Source of the DNA: Chiloscyllium plagiosum | Taxonomy: Eukaryota | Length of the DNA: 64,000 nt | Direction: 5' to 3' | Assembly: GCF_004010195.1 (NCBI RefSeq) | Contig: NC_057741.1 | Location: forward strand, 17,835,899 to 17,899,898 | Position numbers and translations under genes: made by a program | The notes under the pieces: generated by a model | Seen by the model: the letters and a program-made list of their open reading frames with translations, nothing else | Told to the model about the DNA's origin: nothing | Databases searched by the model: none | Part shown: positions 62,966 to 64,000 of the stretch, piece after piece | How positions within the stretch are numbered: position 1 is the stretch's first letter | Layout of the letters: each line of letters starts with the position of its first letter

Positions 62966-64000
62966 TGTAATGTACTAGGCCAGACCACTCAAAACATTCT
63001 TAAGCAGGCAGTTGAGGCCATAACGTTGCAATTTGTTTCGGTAAATTTACAGTGAAAATCACCCAGAGTAAGTTAGCGAGGTTGACTACTAGGTTAAAAA
63101 CAGACAAAACTTTATGCACAAAATTACACATTGAAATACAAAGAATAGAATAAAGAACCCCTACAGAACTCAGTCCATCCAAACTAGACTTAATTATACT
63201 ATTCCGAATGCACACAACAGTCCCTATAAGCAAACTCCCTTAGAAACCAGTATAAATGAATGGAACAGATGCTTATAGGTTGAAGGTAGAAGGGAGAGAG
63301 AGAGAGAGAGAGATTGGTTCCACACAGCTCATTGTTGAACTCCCAACTAGTTCTGGACAAAACTGAACTGCTCAGCTAGAGAGCTGACCATTCCCCTTTC
63401 ATTATACGACTCACATCCAAAGTTTGTGAGAAGATTTGTAGCTCGGGTGCTCGTTGTTGTGGTTCTGTTCGCCGAGCTGGAAGTTCTTGTTGCAAACGTT
63501 TCGTCCCCTGGCTAGGTGACATCCTCAGTGCTTGGGAGCTTCCTGTGAAGCGCTTCTGTGGTGTTTCCTCCGGCATTTATAGTGGCCTGTCCCTGCCGCT
63601 TCCGGTTGTCAGTTTCAGCTGTCCGCTGTAGTGGCCGGTATATTCGACTGGGACAACACTACCATTATAAGGCAAGCCAAACAAAGAACAGCCAGGGAAA
63701 TCCTAGAAGCATGGCACTCATCCACAAACACATCGACCTGGACCCAATATACCAGCCACTACAGGCCAGGGGACGAAACGTTTGCAACAAAAACTTCCAG
63801 CTCGGCGAACAGAACCACAACAACTCACATCTAAAACATGACCACTTTGGCCTGAAGTCTGATCTGCTTACATATAAACAAAAAGGCCTCTCAATACCCT
63901 TTAATCTCTGTGCCAAACCAGACTAATCGGCACCGAGAACTGTTTATTACTCCTCTGAAACAAACCAAGGATGTAGTATCCTTGAGAAAACTTACAGCTT
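62966..64000 (-). mobile_element. LTR, truncated by the window end, hosting a PLE insertion
   Basis: TGTAATGTACTAGGCCAGACC start and an internal (GA)n run, organised like 2027-2703. Confidence 0.6.
63418..63822. mobile_element. Short family B PLE insertion with inverted ends and a 9-bp TSD
   Basis: Tail on the minus strand (63418-63644) joined to a plus-strand copy (63645-63822). ACTCACATC at 63409-63417 and 63823-63831. Confidence 0.88.

Overview
Repeat-rich vertebrate genomic DNA from a cartilaginous fish. HE1-type SINEs indicate an elasmobranch; a carpet or bamboo shark is a guess. Three host genes are readable, two of them missed by the ORF track. (1) The first coding exon of an MGAT4-family glycosyltransferase on the minus strand (10287-10377), most likely MGAT4D by synteny. 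(2) An intact 9-finger C2H2 zinc-finger gene on the minus strand (37323-38081). (3) Three coding exons of ELMOD2 on the plus strand (47037-47181, 53330-53358, 59706-59803). A CpG island at about 42.4-43.2 kb sits head-to-head between the ZNF gene and ELMOD2. The rest is mostly nested CR1 LINEs, HE1, Deu and other SINEs, solo LTRs, L1/Tx1 ends and Penelope-like elements (PLEs). The most striking non-gene signal is that three different repeat-tail families (two linked here to PLE coding sequence, one inferred to be PLE) each carry a minimal type I hammerhead ribozyme motif with a loop-less palindromic stem III and an extra base after A9. One insertion is a near-perfect fold-back whose apex is exactly ribozyme stem II. 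PLE-associated hammerheads are known in general; their activity here is untested. Repeat boundaries are approximate and were read by eye. Assembly gaps lie at 21861-21970, 30430-30434, 58329-58783 and 61814-62175.
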